A stretch of 64,000 nucleotides of DNA from a bacterium (lineage in GTDB: Bacteria; UBA8248), in NCBI GenBank assembly GCA_965203325.1, contig OZ241875.1:1952001-2016000 (forward strand), written 5' to 3'. Position numbers and translations under genes: made by a program. Below the pieces are notes generated by a model that was not told where the DNA came from, made no database searches, and was given only the letters and a program-made list of their open reading frames with translations. Shown here in pieces: positions 10,345 to 21,361 of the stretch (positions are counted from its first letter, which is position 1; each line of letters begins with the position of its first letter).

Positions 10345-13300
10345 TTATTCTGGATGTAGTGCGAACCAATCATCCATCTCGGAAACTGTCGATACTTTGG
10401 CCATTTTCTCTGCGATGTACATGCTATAAGCGCGCTCGCATATCGCAATCCATTGACTACAATGGCTTTCACAATTAGCGAGAACAGCCTCTGCGAGGGT
10501 CTCAGGCACATTCCAATCGTGTGGGCGATGCACCGAAAACAGGATTGGGATGCTACTTGTTTTTGCGAGCTTGGACAAATGATTGACATAGTCCCAGTCA
10601 ACGTCTCGCGACGTAGAATGTATTAGCTCATAATCGGCAGCATGTCGAAGGATGCGCGGGTCGGTACCGACATAATCAGCAAAAACTCGTCGAGACAAAC
10701 GCTGTTGCATATTTACATCTTTAACTCGGTCAATCAGCACCAGCGCCATACGTGGCGATATTACGCCAGCTTCATCGAACCATGATTCGGTTAATCCTGG
10801 CCGACAAGAATGCGCCGCTTGTGCGATACAGGTGACTAAGGACCAGAGACGCGACCAACCCTTCTCGTCCAATGCATCAACCATCGGATTAATAGTCTGC
10901 TTAAGTTCTGTCAGTATCTCCGGCTTGCTCCAGGAAAGGAGTACTGCAAGGCAGAGAACAGCGCAATCGCCTGTCGTTTCGGCTAATTGGAGTCGCCACC
11001 ATGCAACGTCCCCTGCTTTTTGCCGAGCGAAGTGGAGCCGCTCCACCAACCCCTTGGTGGACGTGAATCCGTCGGAATGCCATATACACTCACTCTTCTT
11101 GGCTTTGACAGCTGTCGATAAGACAGCAATTTGCGTAAAGACTATACTGCCAGGCGCAATCTCAAACCCCTTATTGACAAGGGTGGACCATAGCGACAGC
11201 CGTGTCTGCCATTCCACGATATCGGTTTTTAAATGCTCAACGATAAACTGGGTGAGGGATACCAGTGGATCGGCATTGCCGTCTCCACTTTCGAACTTGC
11301 CTTGTTCGAATTGTTCCAAGTAGAGATGGCCAAAGCTAAACTCCAGAATGCGATGAACTGCAATGCCTTCAGGTGGAGCCGAAAACAATTCCGCCAGCGT
11401 GTGGATACGCAAGAGTTCTGTCAGCACTTCCAGGGGATTCATCGATTCGTCGCGTATAGGATGGCGACCAGGAAACACTATGTTGCCATCAAAAAAAGCG
11501 GTGCACGCCACATCATAAAGAATAGGGTCTCGTGTGATCGCTGCATAGTTATCCGTGTGAACGAGCCAGCGCTGTCGTAGATCGGTTTCGTCTTTTGTTA
11601 GAGTCTCGATTTCATTTATATCGAAATGGTCAACTACTCTGAAATCTAACGCCTCTTGTAAGGGGTCACATTTCATCAATCTGTTCTCAAAACGTTGCTT
11701 CCAGATCAATTTCAGCTTTTCCAAATCCGCGTTGTCAGCCATCACTTTGCGAAGGAAGCGCCGACGATCAGAATTCACCTCATTCTCCAGTTTAGTGACG
11801 CAGGCGTCGAACAAAATCTCACGCCCTGACGTTTCTGGTAGGCCCATACCAAGACTAGGTTGCGGTGTTACTAACGCAGTGAGCCTCTCAAATGCCGGCT
11901 CTTCGGTGACATAACCGATCAAGCGCTTCATCGCTCGGGGCGATTGTGCGAACACTTGATCGGCTAACAACATCATGGCCAGCCGACGCGGTTGATTGAT
12001 CAGACGATAGCCATCCTCTTGACCGAGATGGACGAGCCCATCCACCAACGAGCCCAATTCCCCGACATCATAAAATCCGCAAAAAAACCGCGTTACATTG
12101 GTCCAGTAGGGGCTACGCGCAAGAGCATCAAAACGGTCAGGACGTGTCCCTTTTTGCGCTTGGCCTGGCGGGGAATAGGGAGAGGTCTTGTACAAATGCC
12201 GTGCGGCAAAATATTCACGCAGTGGCTGCACTTCGAATTCAAATGTGCCTTCGACACGAGACACGAGCGCGCCAACTCGCTCAGACGTACCCGTCAGTAG
12301 TGTACCTGCGAGAGCAGGATTGTATTCCTCCGTCGTGAGAAAATCTCTAATCCGGGTATATAACGCATCCTTAGAAATGCTACCTGATCCCGACCCTTCC
12401 TCCGCTTGGGTTTGAAGCACCCAGGCCAACACGCCGTGTATGGACAGCAGAAGGTCACGGTGATCTCGTACAATCGTCGACTTCTCGGCTTCCCGATTAA
12501 AAAAGAGTTTCATATATTCTTCATAAAGAGTGGTTCGTTTTTCCGGCAACGCTGGGCCCTGTACATGGATGAGGTGTAGCAGTATGGCAAGTTGCATAGG
12601 GTTGCGGGCAAGGTCGCGAAGGTGAGGCTGCTGAAGCTTGTCTTCCAAGGTGGAAGACACCATGTTACGCTCTTGTTGGTTCAGCTGTTGTACATCAATC
12701 CATTTGTTTTTGTAGGCCTCAATGTGCCGGTGGCGCAAATCCTTTAGTTCCAGGTGTATCCAATCGTCTTCTGGAAATCCCGGCGAGTTTGCAAAAGCTG
12801 CAGGTCGGCTTGTAACAATGATTTGTAAAGAGCGTGCATGGATGTCTAGCCGCGCTGAAGCGCTGCAAATCTCTTCGACCAAGCGTGTCCTCGTGGCGAT
12901 GTCTGCTACCTCGTCAAAACCGTCGAGGACAATAACGCTGTGTGAACGCTCAAAAAATTGTAATAGGTCATCCTCGGTGATAGGGAGAGTGCCAGAGCCC
13001 CACGTCACTTGCATAGCAAGGAAGCTTTCTAGTGATCGCCGTCCCTCTTCGGGTACCCGTGCTTCATCGTTCATGGCAAACGGATGGCGGCCCGTCACCC
13101 AAGCCGCATAGTCGCGCAAATCCACCCGAAAAGGCGCTCGTAGCGGTCCATGTTTATGTTCGTCATCAACGTATCTGAGTTCATTCTCTTTGTTTAATAT
13201 CTTCAACCGATTTACTTGGCAGATGAACTGGGTGACGGTTGATTTTCCCTGACCCGGAGCGCCTTCAAGGACAAATCTCGACACACCGGCTATCAGAGGC

Positions 13301-14112
13301 ATCTGCAACAGAAATGCCCCTGCCAACCCGGAATGATAAAAAGGATGAACTGCCTCCAGATCGAAGTCTTCACTGCTTTCTAGCTGGCTCAGATAGGCGT
13401 CGATATCTTCCGGGGCAGCCAATCGGGGTCCACGTTGTCTGCGAACGCGGTCGTCTTGCGGATGCTTCTGTCCAAGTGGCAGATCAACAAACAATTCCGT
13501 TAGAGCTCGTTTTAAGTCGACCTGTTTAAATTTTATTTCGCGGTCACCCTCAAATTGGGTGGCCATATAGCTTTTTAGCGTGCGTGCCGATTGCAGATCA
13601 TCTTGATCGCCAACCTGCTTGAGCAGTATGGGTAAGAGGTCCGAGGCCCGAATAACATCGGGATAGCTCCATTTGACGTCTAGGGCATTGTCAAGGCGGG
13701 CGTCGAGGTCATCACGCCACCAGATCTGAGAATTGATACCAAAGGCCTTAGCCAAGGCTGTGTTCGCTTTGTCAATCGAGCCAACGTCAAGATGAGCAGT
13801 GCCTTGGACATTTGTGATTAAATAATAGTGCGTGGCCCCGCGCTCAATGAGCTGTTCGACTTTTCTCTTCTCTGACTTGATGGTGGACTCAACGACAGAT
13901 CTTTCATCCTTGTCCCCCGGATGGCGGGAGTACTTAACTTGAAAAACCACGAACCCAGCCTTGTCCGGTTCGGGATGGATGAAAAAAGCATCCCGGCCCC
14001 CATCAGGCTGACCCACTGGAAGACACTGCGTGCCTGGATGTTCGGCAAGGAGCAGCGCTTGCGCGAACTTCTGAAAACTCTGCTCATTAAGGGCTTCGTA
14101 ATTATACTTCAT
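10345..14112 (-). CDS. NACHT/STAND NTPase with N-terminal REase-like domain (NLR/Avs-like defence candidate)
   Basis: 1255 aa; N-terminal QPDGGRD...FQVK; Walker A GAPGQGKST; Walker B VIVLDGFDE; IIVTSRP; LARNPMQL; FEVQPLREYFAA. Confidence 0.85.
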   Translation of the reverse strand: MKYNYEALNEQSFQKFAQALLLAEHPGTQCLPVGQPDGGRDAFFIHPEPDKAGFVVFQVKYSRHPGDKDERSVVESTIKSEKRKVEQLIERGATHYYLITNVQGTAHLDVGSIDKANTALAKAFGINSQIWWRDDLDARLDNALDVKWSYPDVIRASDLLPILLKQVGDQDDLQSARTLKSYMATQFEGDREIKFKQVDLKRALTELFVDLPLGQKHPQDDRVRRQRGPRLAAPEDIDAYLSQLESSEDFDLEAVHPFYHSGLAGAFLLQMPLIAGVSRFVLEGAPGQGKSTVTQFICQVNRLKILNKENELRYVDDEHKHGPLRAPFRVDLRDYAAWVTGRHPFAMNDEARVPEEGRRSLESFLAMQVTWGSGTLPITEDDLLQFFERSHSVIVLDGFDEVADIATRTRLVEEICSASARLDIHARSLQIIVTSRPAAFANSPGFPEDDWIHLELKDLRHRHIEAYKNKWIDVQQLNQQERNMVSSTLEDKLQQPHLRDLARNPMQLAILLHLIHVQGPALPEKRTTLYEEYMKLFFNREAEKSTIVRDHRDLLLSIHGVLAWVLQTQAEEGSGSGSISKDALYTRIRDFLTTEEYNPALAGTLLTGTSERVGALVSRVEGTFEFEVQPLREYFAARHLYKTSPYSPPGQAQKGTRPDRFDALARSPYWTNVTRFFCGFYDVGELGSLVDGLVHLGQEDGYRLINQPRRLAMMLLADQVFAQSPRAMKRLIGYVTEEPAFERLTALVTPQPSLGMGLPETSGREILFDACVTKLENEVNSDRRRFLRKVMADNADLEKLKLIWKQRFENRLMKCDPLQEALDFRVVDHFDINEIETLTKDETDLRQRWLVHTDNYAAITRDPILYDVACTAFFDGNIVFPGRHPIRDESMNPLEVLTELLRIHTLAELFSAPPEGIAVHRILEFSFGHLYLEQFEQGKFESGDGNADPLVSLTQFIVEHLKTDIVEWQTRLSLWSTLVNKGFEIAPGSIVFTQIAVLSTAVKAKKSECIWHSDGFTSTKGLVERLHFARQKAGDVAWWRLQLAETTGDCAVLCLAVLLSWSKPEILTELKQTINPMVDALDEKGWSRLWSLVTCIAQAAHSCRPGLTESWFDEAGVISPRMALVLIDRVKDVNMQQRLSRRVFADYVGTDPRILRHAADYELIHSTSRDVDWDYVNHLSKLAKTSSIPILFSVHRPHDWNVPETLAEAVLANCESHCSQWIAICERAYSMYIAEKMAKVSTVSEMDDWFALHPE

Positions 14113-14693
14113 CTGACATTTCCCATTTGGCTCGTCTAATTCCGAATCTCACCAATGTAGCCGCCGAGTCTCACGCAACGCAGTTACAGAAAATCATCAA
14201 AGAAGTCGCTAGGAGCGACGCGATCAAGTAGTTGGTTCTCCTCAACGAATTCCAGTCAGTGATAACCCACTGATGGTCATGTGGCAAGGTTGGGAAGCGT
14301 GGTGTGCGCACAAAACGTGACCTTTCTCGAGCCGAAGCAGAGCGCGGACCATGCTTGTGCCCGATCAGTCCCGCCACGCCAGTAGTCCAGTGCGCAGCGA
14401 GGATTCCTCAACGGTCATGATGGGACACTAGCAGAGATGGGCTAGCTTTTGTGCCTGCGACGGACTTAGCCGCGGTGGCGTAGTTACTGACGTTTTCCGG
14501 TACAGGCATTGGGCATGTCAATGCTGTCGGATGATAGTCAAGACGTTCGGGGCTGGTAGGACCCTGACAGGTCTGGCAGCACAGCAGAGTGGCATCCATG
14601 GCAACACGTTGTTCTCGCCCTCGGCTGGACTGACCTGGTATTCGATGTCGCCGTTGGGAGGCAGTTCGCAGGCATGGACGATGGTGGCGTCGT

Positions 14694-14800
14694 GCGCCAG
14701 GCTCCAGTCGTCAAGGATCAGCACCTTGGCTCATGTGAGGTCCCGGTATAGATTCGGGATGCTGCCCTCACCATTGGCAATCCGCAAAACTCCATGAGCA
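14694..14800 (-). pseudogene. IS21-family IstB ATPase remnant
   Basis: LRIANGEGSIPNLYRDLT*AKVLILDDWSLA resembles the IstB Walker B region (LLILDDWGL) and has an internal stop. Confidence 0.6.
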
Positions 14801-14859
14801 GGTGTGACATGTGTAGAAAGAGGGCTTGGTAGGCCTCAAGACAGGTTTTGTGGGCGAGG

Positions 14860-15472
14860 GTTAGTGGCTGGCGGGCGCTTCTACAGGAAGCGGAGGCGGT
14901 GGATATAGAGCCCTGCAGAAGTGTTGCCGTGCTGGTATTCGGGCATCGAGGCCGTGGATCTCGATCCGGAGGTTCACGACATCTGTCTGATCGGTATCTA
15001 CACCGGCATACGCCGGGGCGAGATCGTTTCGCTGGACCAAGAGCAGGTGGGCATGGAGCGGCACATCTTCAGGGTCGAAGAGACAAAGAGCGGGTAACAG
15101 TTGGAGCTTCCTATCACACGGCAACTCCCCGCCATCTTCGAGCGGCTCCTCGCGTATGGCGCGGAGTCTGCGGCGTGGCAGGACGGCTGGGTGTTTCCGT
15201 TCCTCAAGCAGCGGGGCCGGACATGTGGCGGAAATTGCGCGGTTCTATGTCGAAATCACCGATAAAGGTGGTACCCGGTTCTGGTTCCAAGGGCTGCACT
15301 ACGACTTCATCACGCTGGCGGAACGCGAACTCATGCTGCCGCGCTCGCTCAAGAAGCGGCTTGTAAACCATGCCCGGCCCGGCGACGTGACCGAGTGCTA
15401 CGCCACAGACTAGATGGAGGAGCAACTCCACGGGTCCGTCGACCGCATTGACGAATTGATGAAGGAAACATG
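14860..15472 (+). pseudogene. Degraded tyrosine recombinase
   Basis: YTGIRRGEIVSL...VEETKSG*QLELPITRQL, then FWFQGLHYDFITLAERELML..KRLVNHARPGDVTECYA, with stops and frameshifts. Confidence 0.75.
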
Positions 15473-15855
15473 ACGGCTATCGAAGGTTCGCGCCGGAGCG
15501 TTTCTCTCTCGTCTTCTGCCATCGCGTGTTCTCACTTTTTTGTCATATCCCAGCGCACCGGAGTGCAAGTGTGAGCGTACTTGGAACAATTCCGTAGGAT
15601 ATGAGCTATTAAAACCTGTTGCCGGCGACGTATTTTCGTATTACATACGCTTCAATGAATGCGATCGAATCCCGCACCGGGACCACCCCGGCCTGTCAAT
15701 CGAGACGCAGCATCGAGACCCGGCTTGCAAGCCGTCCGGCATCGTCGCCGGGGATCGGTTGGCCGAACGCGTCTCCACCCCACCCGGGAGAGGCCGGCAA
15801 GTGACTCCCCGAGGAAAATCACGACCATCCATCAAACACTGAAAGGGAGAATCGA

Positions 15856-17940
15856 ATGACCATCGGAAACGCCACACTGCGCGGCGGCCAGACCCTGCTC
15901 CACGACGCCAGGATGTGGGGCCAGCTCGCGCGCTGGGGAATTTTTGGACTCGTCCTGACTGTCGTCCTGACGCCTGCGGTCAGCGTCTTCACGACGACGA
16001 GCGCGCATGAGTGGCGCGTCGTGGGCCTGGGGACCCTCGCCGAGGCCAAGCTCGCCATCGGGTATTCCCCCGATTCGGGCCAGGTGTACGAGTGGGCCGC
16101 GGGTGAGCGGACGATCGAGCGGATCGAGCTCATCGCAAGCGATCCCCGGATCGAGCGGATCAGGAGGCGCATGCTCGATACCATCCATGCCAGAGCGTGG
16201 CTGGGGTTCTGGCTCGGCCTGGGCGGCGTGGCCCTGTTCGCGTTCTTCTTCTGGATTCTGGGCCGGCGCATGGCGAGGGCGCGCAGGGTGCGGGGCGCGG
16301 AGATGACCTCGGCTCAGGCGCTCGGGAGGCGCGTGCAGCCCGTTCTCTCCCGCCTGGCGGAAAAGTTCTTTCCGGCGGCGCGCAAGTCCAGACCCCGCAT
16401 CGCGGGCGTACCCTGGCCCGAGCGCGCCGAGACCCAGCACACCATCGTCTCGGGCACCACGGGTTCGGGGAAGACCGTCCTGATCTCGGACCTGGTCGCC
16501 CAGATCAGGGAGCGGGGGGAGCGCTGCATCCTCTACGACAAGATGGGGAGCTACACGCGGGCGTTCCACGACCCCGCCCGCGACGTCCTGATGAATCCCC
16601 TCGACGCCCGCGCGCCGCGGTGGTCCCCCTTCCTGGAAGCCAGGACGCCCAGGGACTTCGACACGATGGCGGCGGCCCTGATCCCACAGCAGAAGGACAC
16701 GGTGGACCCCTTCTGGGTCACGGCCGCGCGGCAGCTGTTCGCGAACGGCGCGGGCGTCCTCTGGAAGCGCGGCGTGACGGAGAACCGGATACTCGTCGAG
16801 CACCTGCTCAAGACCGAACTCACCTCCCTGGCCGAGGCCATGGAGGGCACGGTGGCGCAGTCCATCGTGGACCCCGAGAACCCCAAGACGGCGCTCTCGG
16901 TGCGCGCCATGCTGACGGCGCACCTGGGCGCGCTCGAATGCCTGCCCGACTCAGGGAAGCCCTTCTCGATACGGGAGTGGGTGGAGCGCGAGTACGAGAC
17001 GGGCTTCCTGTTCCTGACCTCGCGCGGGGACCAGCACGCGAGCCTCAGGGGCCTCATCTCGACCTGGCTCGAGATCGCCGTGAACGCGCTTCTCTCACTC
17101 GGCCGGGACGACGCGCGCCGGATATGGATTGTGCTCGACGAGCTTCCCACCCTCCACCAGGTCCCGAGCCTGCAGCCCGGACTCGCGGAGTCTCGCCAGT
17201 TCGGGGGGTGCTTCGTGCTCGGGATACAGGTGATCTCCGCCCTGCGCGATTTGTACGGGCGAAACGGCGCCGAGACCGTATCGGGTCTCTGCGGCACCCG
17301 GGTGGTGCTGGCCGCGCCCGATCAGGAGACGGCGCGCTGGTCGGCCGAGAGCCTGGGACGCGGCGAGGTCACAGAATACGCGGAGGGGCTCAGCTACGGC
17401 GCGAGCGCCATGCGCGACGGCGTATCGCTCACGCAGCGCCGCGAGATGCGGCCCCTGGCGCTGCCTTCGGAGATCATGCGCCTCGAGAATCTGCACGGCT
17501 ACCTCAAGTTCCCCGGTCCCTGGCCCGTGGCCCGCATCGAGCTCGACTACGTGAAGAGGCCCGGGGCGGCCGAGAGTTTCATCCCGAGGGAGAATTTGCC
17601 GGTCCTGGGAGCGAAAAGCGCCGAGATCGTACCCTCTCATACCGGGGAAACGCACGAGTCCGGGAAGGCGGCTGAGTCCGGGAAGGCGGCGAATCGGCAG
17701 GAACCCGAAACACCCGGCGATACGACCGCGAACGGCGAGGCGGAAGACGGGTGTGAACAACCCTCTCCGCCGCCGGACTCAGGTTTGGCAGGACCCGATC
17801 AGGCCCTCGAACCATCCGGGGCGCCGCAACCTGCGGTCCACTCCGCGGATGGGGATGACGCCGGTGCGGCCGGTAACGATGAGCAATACCGGGGCGAAGA
17901 CGGCGATGGGGCCGGGTCCCGCACGCCGGACTGGTTGTGA
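15856..17940 (+). CDS. traD: Type IV coupling protein, TraD/TrwB family
   Basis: Two N-terminal TM segments; Walker A GTTGSGKT; LYDKMGSY; IVLDELPTL; AESRQFGGCFVLG; acidic disordered tail. Confidence 0.93.
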   Translation: MTIGNATLRGGQTLLHDARMWGQLARWGIFGLVLTVVLTPAVSVFTTTSAHEWRVVGLGTLAEAKLAIGYSPDSGQVYEWAAGERTIERIELIASDPRIERIRRRMLDTIHARAWLGFWLGLGGVALFAFFFWILGRRMARARRVRGAEMTSAQALGRRVQPVLSRLAEKFFPAARKSRPRIAGVPWPERAETQHTIVSGTTGSGKTVLISDLVAQIRERGERCILYDKMGSYTRAFHDPARDVLMNPLDARAPRWSPFLEARTPRDFDTMAAALIPQQKDTVDPFWVTAARQLFANGAGVLWKRGVTENRILVEHLLKTELTSLAEAMEGTVAQSIVDPENPKTALSVRAMLTAHLGALECLPDSGKPFSIREWVEREYETGFLFLTSRGDQHASLRGLISTWLEIAVNALLSLGRDDARRIWIVLDELPTLHQVPSLQPGLAESRQFGGCFVLGIQVISALRDLYGRNGAETVSGLCGTRVVLAAPDQETARWSAESLGRGEVTEYAEGLSYGASAMRDGVSLTQRREMRPLALPSEIMRLENLHGYLKFPGPWPVARIELDYVKRPGAAESFIPRENLPVLGAKSAEIVPSHTGETHESGKAAESGKAANRQEPETPGDTTANGEAEDGCEQPSPPPDSGLAGPDQALEPSGAPQPAVHSADGDDAGAAGNDEQYRGEDGDGAGSRTPDWL

Positions 17941-20867
17941 TGGTCGTCTCGATCGGCGCCGTCGCCGCCCCCGCCCAGGGCGCCTCCTACTACGAGCGCG
18001 ACGGCTATTACGCCAGGGACGACCCCGCCCACAGGGAGGTGAGCGCATGGGCCGGGAAGGGAGCGGAAGACCTCGGCCTCGCGGGCACGGTCGATCCCGA
18101 TACCTTCCGCGCGGTTCTGGAAGGCCACGTGCCCGACGGTTCGGGGAGAAGGCTCGGCCGCAGGCGCAAGGACGGCGTCCTGGAGCACCGTCCCGGACGC
18201 GACCTCACCTTCTCTGCGCCCAAGTCCGTCTCGCTCGCCGCGCTGGTGGGCGGCGACTCTCGTGTCGTCGAGGCCCATGACCGGGCGGTCGAGCGCACCC
18301 TCGCCTGGGTCGAGGGCCATGCCGCGGAGACCAGGATGAAGGACCCGGAGACGGGACGCATGGTACGGGCCGGGGACCAGAAAACGGTGGCCGCAACCTT
18401 CCGGCACGACGCCTCGCGCAACCTCGACCCCCAGCTCCACACCCACGCGGTGCTGGCCAACATGGTCCGGGGTCCGGACGGCAAATGGAGGACGATGTCC
18501 AACGAGGCGCTCTACCGCAGCCAGAAGCTGATCGGCATGCTCTACAGGAGCGAACTGGCGCAGGGACTGGGGAAGCTGGGCTACGCGATTGAGAAGACGC
18601 ACGCCGACGGGCGGTTCGAGGTCGCCGGCGTCCGCCGCGAGGTGATCGAGGCGTTCTCGACCCGGCGGGCGGAGATCGAGGCCGCGATGGCCGAGCGGGG
18701 CCTGGGAACGACGGCTGCGAACCAGCGCACAGCGGAGCGCGCGGCGCTCATGACCCGCGCACACAAGCGTGACGTGGACAAGACCGCGCTCAGGGGCATA
18801 TGGGAGAAACAGGCCGTAGACCTCGGATTCGACGCCAGGGCCCATGCGGCCGAGGCGGCCTCCAGGGTCGCCGGCCTGGAAGGCAAAGGAGAGGCCCGTG
18901 AGCAGTCGCGGGATCAGGGAGCCGCCCGGGAGGCCGGAGAGGCCGTGGAATGGGCGGTGGCGCATCTCTCAGAGCGCGAGGCCGTGTTCGCCCGCGCCGA
19001 CGCGCTTGCCGCCGCGTTGGCCTGGCGGCCGGGCGCGGTGTCCGTCGAGGCGGCGGAGAGGGCGTTGGGCGATCTCGAAAGAGGGGGACGGCTTCACACA
19101 GCACCTGGGCTGCACGGGAGAGACGACCTGGCGACCGACAAGGCGCTGGCGGACGAACGCGAGACGATCGGGCTGATGCGGGGCGGCCAGGGCCGCGGCC
19201 GGACGGTGATGCACAGCTGGATCGCGCAGGCGTATCTGCACAAGGGAGCGTTGACGCAAGGCCAGAGGGAAGCGGTCAAACTTATCCTCTCGGCCAAGGA
19301 CCGCGTCGTCGGCGTGCAGGGCTATGCCGGGACCGGCAAGACCACCATGCTCAACCGCGCCCGCTCTCTCCTCGAAAAACGCGGGTTCGAGGTCAAGGGC
19401 CTCGCTCCCTCGGCCTCGGCGGTGAAGACGCTCGGAACCGAGGCCGGGATCGAGAGCGAGACCTTGCAGCGCTTTTTGGCGCGCCATGCCGGTGTGGCCG
19501 GGGGTAAACTCACCAGAAAGGCCGAGAAGCAGATGCGCGCGGCCTGGGGCAAGACGGTGCTCGTGGTGGACGAGGGGTCCCTCGCCTCCACACTACAGGC
19601 CCGAGACCTCCTGCGGGTCGCCCGCGCCCTGCGCATCCCCAGGGTCGTGCTGGTGGGCGATGAGAAACAGCTGGACGCCGTGGACGCCGGCAAGCCCTTC
19701 GCGCAACTCCAGCAAGCCGGCATGAAGACCGCCGTGATGGACGATATCCTCCGCCAGCGCGACCCGGACCTCAAGGCCGCGGTCGAGGCGAGCCTCGCCG
19801 GCGAGATCGGCCGCGCGTTCGAGAAGCTGGGATCCAACGTCGCTCAGGTGAAGGCCGACAACATCGCGGGCGCGGTGGCGGCGCGCTGGCTCGCGCTATC
19901 GCCCGAGGCGCGCGAGAACACCGGCGTCATGGCGCCCAGTCATGAACTTCGCCAAAAGATCAACGCCCATATAAGGGAGCGTCTCGCGCGCGAGGGCGGT
20001 ATCCACGGCCCCGCCTTCAGGGGGGAGCGACTCGTCTCCCGCGGTTATACGAACCCCGAGAAATCGCTCGCCGCGAACTACGCCCCGGGTGACGTCGTGG
20101 CCTTCCACCGCCCCTACAAGCGCCTGGGCGTCGGGAAGGACGACGAACTCCGCGTATCGGGCGTGGATCACGAGAACCAGGCGGTGGTGCTCGAAGGCAA
20201 GGACGGCGGGAGCGTCTTGTGGAAACCCGGGCGGATCGCCGGGCGGGCGGGCGGCGCCGAGGTCTACCGGGTCGAAGATATCGAGCTTCGCGCCGGCGAC
20301 CGCATCCGCTGGACCCGCAACGATAAGGGCTTCGGTCTCGTCAACAGCCGCACGGCCGAGGTCCTCTCGGTCGGAAACGGCCGCGTCTCCTTGCGCCTGG
20401 AAGACGGGCGCAGGCTCGATATGACCCCGGGCGATCCCCAGTTGCGCCATCTCGACCATTCCTGGGCCTCGACCGTGCACGCCTTCCAGGGCCGGACCAT
20501 CGACAACGTGATCGCCGCGATGCAGGCCAACCACCCCCACCTCACCACACAGAAGAGCTTCTATGTCGAGATCAGCCGCGCCCGGGACCGGGCGGAACTC
20601 GTGACCGACGACGCAAAGGCGTTGCGCGAGCGGCTCGAAACGGTCACGGGCGAACGGGTATCGGCGCTCGAGGGAATCGGAGAGGCCGCACGGGAGGCGC
20701 CCGGAGGGGAGAAGGTGAAGTCGGGGGAGGCGGAACCGGAGGCCGGGAGGGATGCGGCGAAGTCAGGGGAAGCGACCCAACCCGTTGAACGGCGGACGCA
20801 GGAAACCGCCAGGGTGCCGGGGATTGAGAAGGTCCGGACAGCGCGCGGGATCGGGATGGAGATGTAG
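17937..20867 (+). CDS. MOBF relaxase-helicase, TrwC/TraI family
   Basis: YYERDGYY catalytic tyrosines; DLTFSAPKSVS; DPQLHTH HUH motif; helicase QGYAGTGKTT, VVDEGS, TVHAFQGRT, FYVEISRAR. Confidence 0.95.
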   Translation: MMVVSIGAVAAPAQGASYYERDGYYARDDPAHREVSAWAGKGAEDLGLAGTVDPDTFRAVLEGHVPDGSGRRLGRRRKDGVLEHRPGRDLTFSAPKSVSLAALVGGDSRVVEAHDRAVERTLAWVEGHAAETRMKDPETGRMVRAGDQKTVAATFRHDASRNLDPQLHTHAVLANMVRGPDGKWRTMSNEALYRSQKLIGMLYRSELAQGLGKLGYAIEKTHADGRFEVAGVRREVIEAFSTRRAEIEAAMAERGLGTTAANQRTAERAALMTRAHKRDVDKTALRGIWEKQAVDLGFDARAHAAEAASRVAGLEGKGEAREQSRDQGAAREAGEAVEWAVAHLSEREAVFARADALAAALAWRPGAVSVEAAERALGDLERGGRLHTAPGLHGRDDLATDKALADERETIGLMRGGQGRGRTVMHSWIAQAYLHKGALTQGQREAVKLILSAKDRVVGVQGYAGTGKTTMLNRARSLLEKRGFEVKGLAPSASAVKTLGTEAGIESETLQRFLARHAGVAGGKLTRKAEKQMRAAWGKTVLVVDEGSLASTLQARDLLRVARALRIPRVVLVGDEKQLDAVDAGKPFAQLQQAGMKTAVMDDILRQRDPDLKAAVEASLAGEIGRAFEKLGSNVAQVKADNIAGAVAARWLALSPEARENTGVMAPSHELRQKINAHIRERLAREGGIHGPAFRGERLVSRGYTNPEKSLAANYAPGDVVAFHRPYKRLGVGKDDELRVSGVDHENQAVVLEGKDGGSVLWKPGRIAGRAGGAEVYRVEDIELRAGDRIRWTRNDKGFGLVNSRTAEVLSVGNGRVSLRLEDGRRLDMTPGDPQLRHLDHSWASTVHAFQGRTIDNVIAAMQANHPHLTTQKSFYVEISRARDRAELVTDDAKALRERLETVTGERVSALEGIGEAAREAPGGEKVKSGEAEPEAGRDAAKSGEATQPVERRTQETARVPGIEKVRTARGIGMEM

Positions 20868-20942
20868 AAAATCGTTTCCGGTCATCTCCGACCGGGATCA
20901 TTGAAAAATATGGGAATTTTATACCTAAGTAATATTCAGCCT

Positions 20943-21188
20943 TTATCGCAATGAATCCAGATAATCATGCCCTGCCCAGGTTAATCCCTTAATTGAATAG
21001 GATATACCACCTCCAACATGTTCATTGTAATGATTAAAGTCGATCCAACGCTGAGCGCGGATTAGTTCAAAATGGTAATCGATTTTTTCTTGTTCGTACC
21101 CAGAAATCTCTATTGAAGTTAGGTTTTTTTCATTACTCGACTCAATTAGTTCTAGGATATCTAAAATTAAATTCATGTCTCGTTCCAT
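20943..21188 (-). CDS. DUF2513-like small winged-helix protein
   Basis: MERDMNLILDILELIE...YHFELI...GLTWAGHDYLDSLR is the typical DUF2513 pattern. Confidence 0.8.
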   Translation of the reverse strand: MERDMNLILDILELIESSNEKNLTSIEISGYEQEKIDYHFELIRAQRWIDFNHYNEHVGGGISYSIKGLTWAGHDYLDSLR

Positions 21189-21205
21189 AAATATCTCTCT
21201 CTAAT

Positions 21206-21361
21206 TTAATCTCTTGATGGTGGTGGTGGCGGCGGCGGGTTCGGTGGTCTTGGAGGAGCGCCTTTGTCTGCTCCTCTCCGGATGGGTGGTGGAGTTGTAG
21301 GTTGAGGTGGAGTTGGTCTAGGACTCGGTTGTGGTTGTCGGGTAAGGGAAGTCAAATTCAT
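21206..21361 (-). CDS. Putative 51-aa proline-rich peptide
   Basis: Read manually: MNLTSLTRQPQPSPRPTPPQPTTPPPIRRGADKGAPPRPPNPPPPPPSRD; overlaps the end of the upstream 2TM gene. Confidence 0.4.
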   Translation of the reverse strand: MNLTSLTRQPQPSPRPTPPQPTTPPPIRRGADKGAPPRPPNPPPPPPPSRD

